A stretch of DNA of 63,889 bases, the filler included, from Candidatus Woesearchaeota archaeon (GTDB lineage Archaea; Nanobdellota; Nanobdellia; Woesearchaeales; B72-G16), in assembly GCA_003650545.1 (NCBI GenBank). It is 6 parts of 4 records of this genome, joined end to end, with 100 filler letters (N's around TTAATTAATTAA, not from the genome) between each part and the next. Parts side by side here need not be neighbours in the genome. Positions count along the whole stretch, not along the records: positions 57,032 to 63,889 come from QMQO01000051.1; 5 more parts are not named here. The stretch is one strand, 5' to 3'. Positions 62,270-63,889 of this stretch are shown here, piece after piece. The position numbers and the translations under genes are program-made. Numbering within the stretch: position 1 is the first letter of the stretch; the number at the start of each line of letters is the position of its first letter. Below the pieces are notes generated by a model. It was given only the letters and a program-made list of their open reading frames with translations. It was not told the origin of the DNA and searched no databases.

Positions 62270-63865
62270 ATGAAAAAAGAAAAGAAAACAGCAATAGTAG
62301 GGGATAAAGATAATAACAATAAAGAATTAGAAAAAATGGATTTGGCGAAGACAGTTGCAAAAGGCAGTTTCGTAAATATTGGTTCAAATTCCTTAATTAA
62401 AATACTTGGAATAGTTTTTTACTTTCTAGTTCTGCGATTATTGCCACCTGAAGAAGCTGGCATATTTTTTATTGCTTTTGCGATATTTGGTTTTGCTAAA
62501 GTAATTCCAAGCCTCGGAATTCCAACCAGCATAAACAGATTTGTTCCTTATTATATTGGAAAAGGAAAAAAAGAGAAAGTAAGGCCGTTGGTTAAAAAGT
62601 TTGGTGCTTATCTTCTCATACTTTCAATATTTTCCTCTTTGTTGCTTTTCTTATTATCAGGATCAATAGCGCAAATTTATGGAGAACCAGCATTACACAG
62701 TTTAATATTATTAATCACTATTACAATTCCCTTTGCTTTATTCTTTGATTTTTTCTTAGCTTCTTTAAGAGGGATAAAACGATTTATCTCTTCTTCAATT
62801 GCAGCAGCAAGCAATAGCATCATTAAGGTATTAGTATTAGCGTTTGCTATATACTTTGTCTCAAGAACTGCATTTAATTCGTTTCTTTCGATAACAATTG
62901 CTTTCATAATCACAACAATTATTATAGGGGTCTGGACATTTCTAAAATATAAAAAGTTTCCTAGCGGAAAATTAAAAAAAGAAGATACAAAAGGCATTTT
63001 TTCTTATGGAGTACCAATGTATATATCTAGTTTGGGTACGCTCCTAAGTAATTGGACAGACACTTTGGTTTTAGGATTCTTTATGACAAATCCAATTGTA
63101 GCAGCATATAATGCAGTTGCGTTAATAGCAAGAAATGTTGGTCCTGTTGTTTCATTGCCTTTATCCCAGATAATGCAGCCCATATTTGCGAATTTGCATG
63201 GCAAAGGCAAAAGTTCTGAAGAAAATTTCAGATCCCTTGCAAAATACTATAATAAATGGGCCCTAATTCTTGGCCTTCCTGTTCTAATTGTTTTTACTAT
63301 TCTTTCATACCAGATAATGCATGTTATTTTTCCAGCATATGAAGAATATCATTGGCTGTTATGGATAATGGCGCCTACGTTTTTCATAACACTAATAGCA
63401 GCACCATTTAGAGATGCGCTCTGGGCAATAGGAAGGTCTGATATATTTATGGCCTCTTCCTTGATTATAATAATCCCAAATCTAGCATTAAACTGGATTT
63501 TGATTCCAATTTACGGCGTTTTGGGCGCAGCAGTAGCAAGCGCCATTACATACATAATCGCGCAAAGCATCTTCATATATTATGGCACAACAAGAACAAA
63601 GGTTTGGTTTCATAAAAATGTCTTAAAAATCGCAGGCATAGCATTAATAAGCGCTGTTTTATTATTTGGAATTAGTGAATTTGCAAGCGCGCGCATGGAA
63701 ATTCCGGCCGGTTTATTCAACGGCCTTTTATATCTTATAGTATTAGTTCTGCCAATGCTTATTATTTACTTTGGGCTTTTGTATTTTGTAATTGGGATTT
63801 CAAATATTGAAAAGAAGCTAATTAATATCTTATGTATTAAAAGTAGGATAAAAAGAAAGGGTTAA
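62270..63865 (+). CDS. Oligosaccharide flippase (Wzx/MOP family)
   Basis: ~14 TM segments, WTDTLVLG, LIPIYGVLGAA. Confidence 0.9.
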   Translation: MKKEKKTAIVGDKDNNNKELEKMDLAKTVAKGSFVNIGSNSLIKILGIVFYFLVLRLLPPEEAGIFFIAFAIFGFAKVIPSLGIPTSINRFVPYYIGKGKKEKVRPLVKKFGAYLLILSIFSSLLLFLLSGSIAQIYGEPALHSLILLITITIPFALFFDFFLASLRGIKRFISSSIAAASNSIIKVLVLAFAIYFVSRTAFNSFLSITIAFIITTIIIGVWTFLKYKKFPSGKLKKEDTKGIFSYGVPMYISSLGTLLSNWTDTLVLGFFMTNPIVAAYNAVALIARNVGPVVSLPLSQIMQPIFANLHGKGKSSEENFRSLAKYYNKWALILGLPVLIVFTILSYQIMHVIFPAYEEYHWLLWIMAPTFFITLIAAPFRDALWAIGRSDIFMASSLIIIIPNLALNWILIPIYGVLGAAVASAITYIIAQSIFIYYGTTRTKVWFHKNVLKIAGIALISAVLLFGISEFASARMEIPAGLFNGLLYLIVLVLPMLIIYFGLLYFVIGISNIEKKLINILCIKSRIKRKG

Positions 63866-63889
63866 AGATATGCGAATCAAAACAATAAA

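Overview
The window is six contigs joined by artificial 100-nt N/TTAATTAATTAA linkers: 1-4844, 4945-21428, 21529-32955, 33056-48157, 48258-56931 and 57032-63889. The DNA is AT-rich and archaeal, with DPANN (Woesearchaeota-like) gene content and 16S; the last contig may come from another DPANN lineage. Contig 1 holds a class III signal-peptide (pilin-like) cluster and exonuclease III. Contig 2 holds housekeeping genes (rpo4, rpl21e, sepF, ZPR1) and a minus-strand 16S-tRNA(Ala)-23S operon with eight introns: three BHB mini-introns in 16S, three in tRNA-Ala, one in 23S helix 89 and an ORF-less group I intron at L1931. Two tandem four-helix-bundle genes follow the operon. Contig 3 is a mobile element with two paralogous tyrosine recombinases (one flanked by 13-bp direct repeats), an m5C MTase and a four-gene operon: wHTH, PD-(D/E)XK nuclease, Zn-ribbon protein and a probable dead+live fused MTase. 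Contig 4 has rpl15e, proS, rpl35ae and an SLT+M23 peptidoglycan-hydrolase-like gene. Contig 5 has accessory genes (rSAM/SPASM, TldD-like, Nudix) and an IS605-like end. Contig 6 has a VirB4-like ATPase with an in-frame stop, an unlinked 5S rRNA and glycosylation genes. All calls are by eye; no searches were run.
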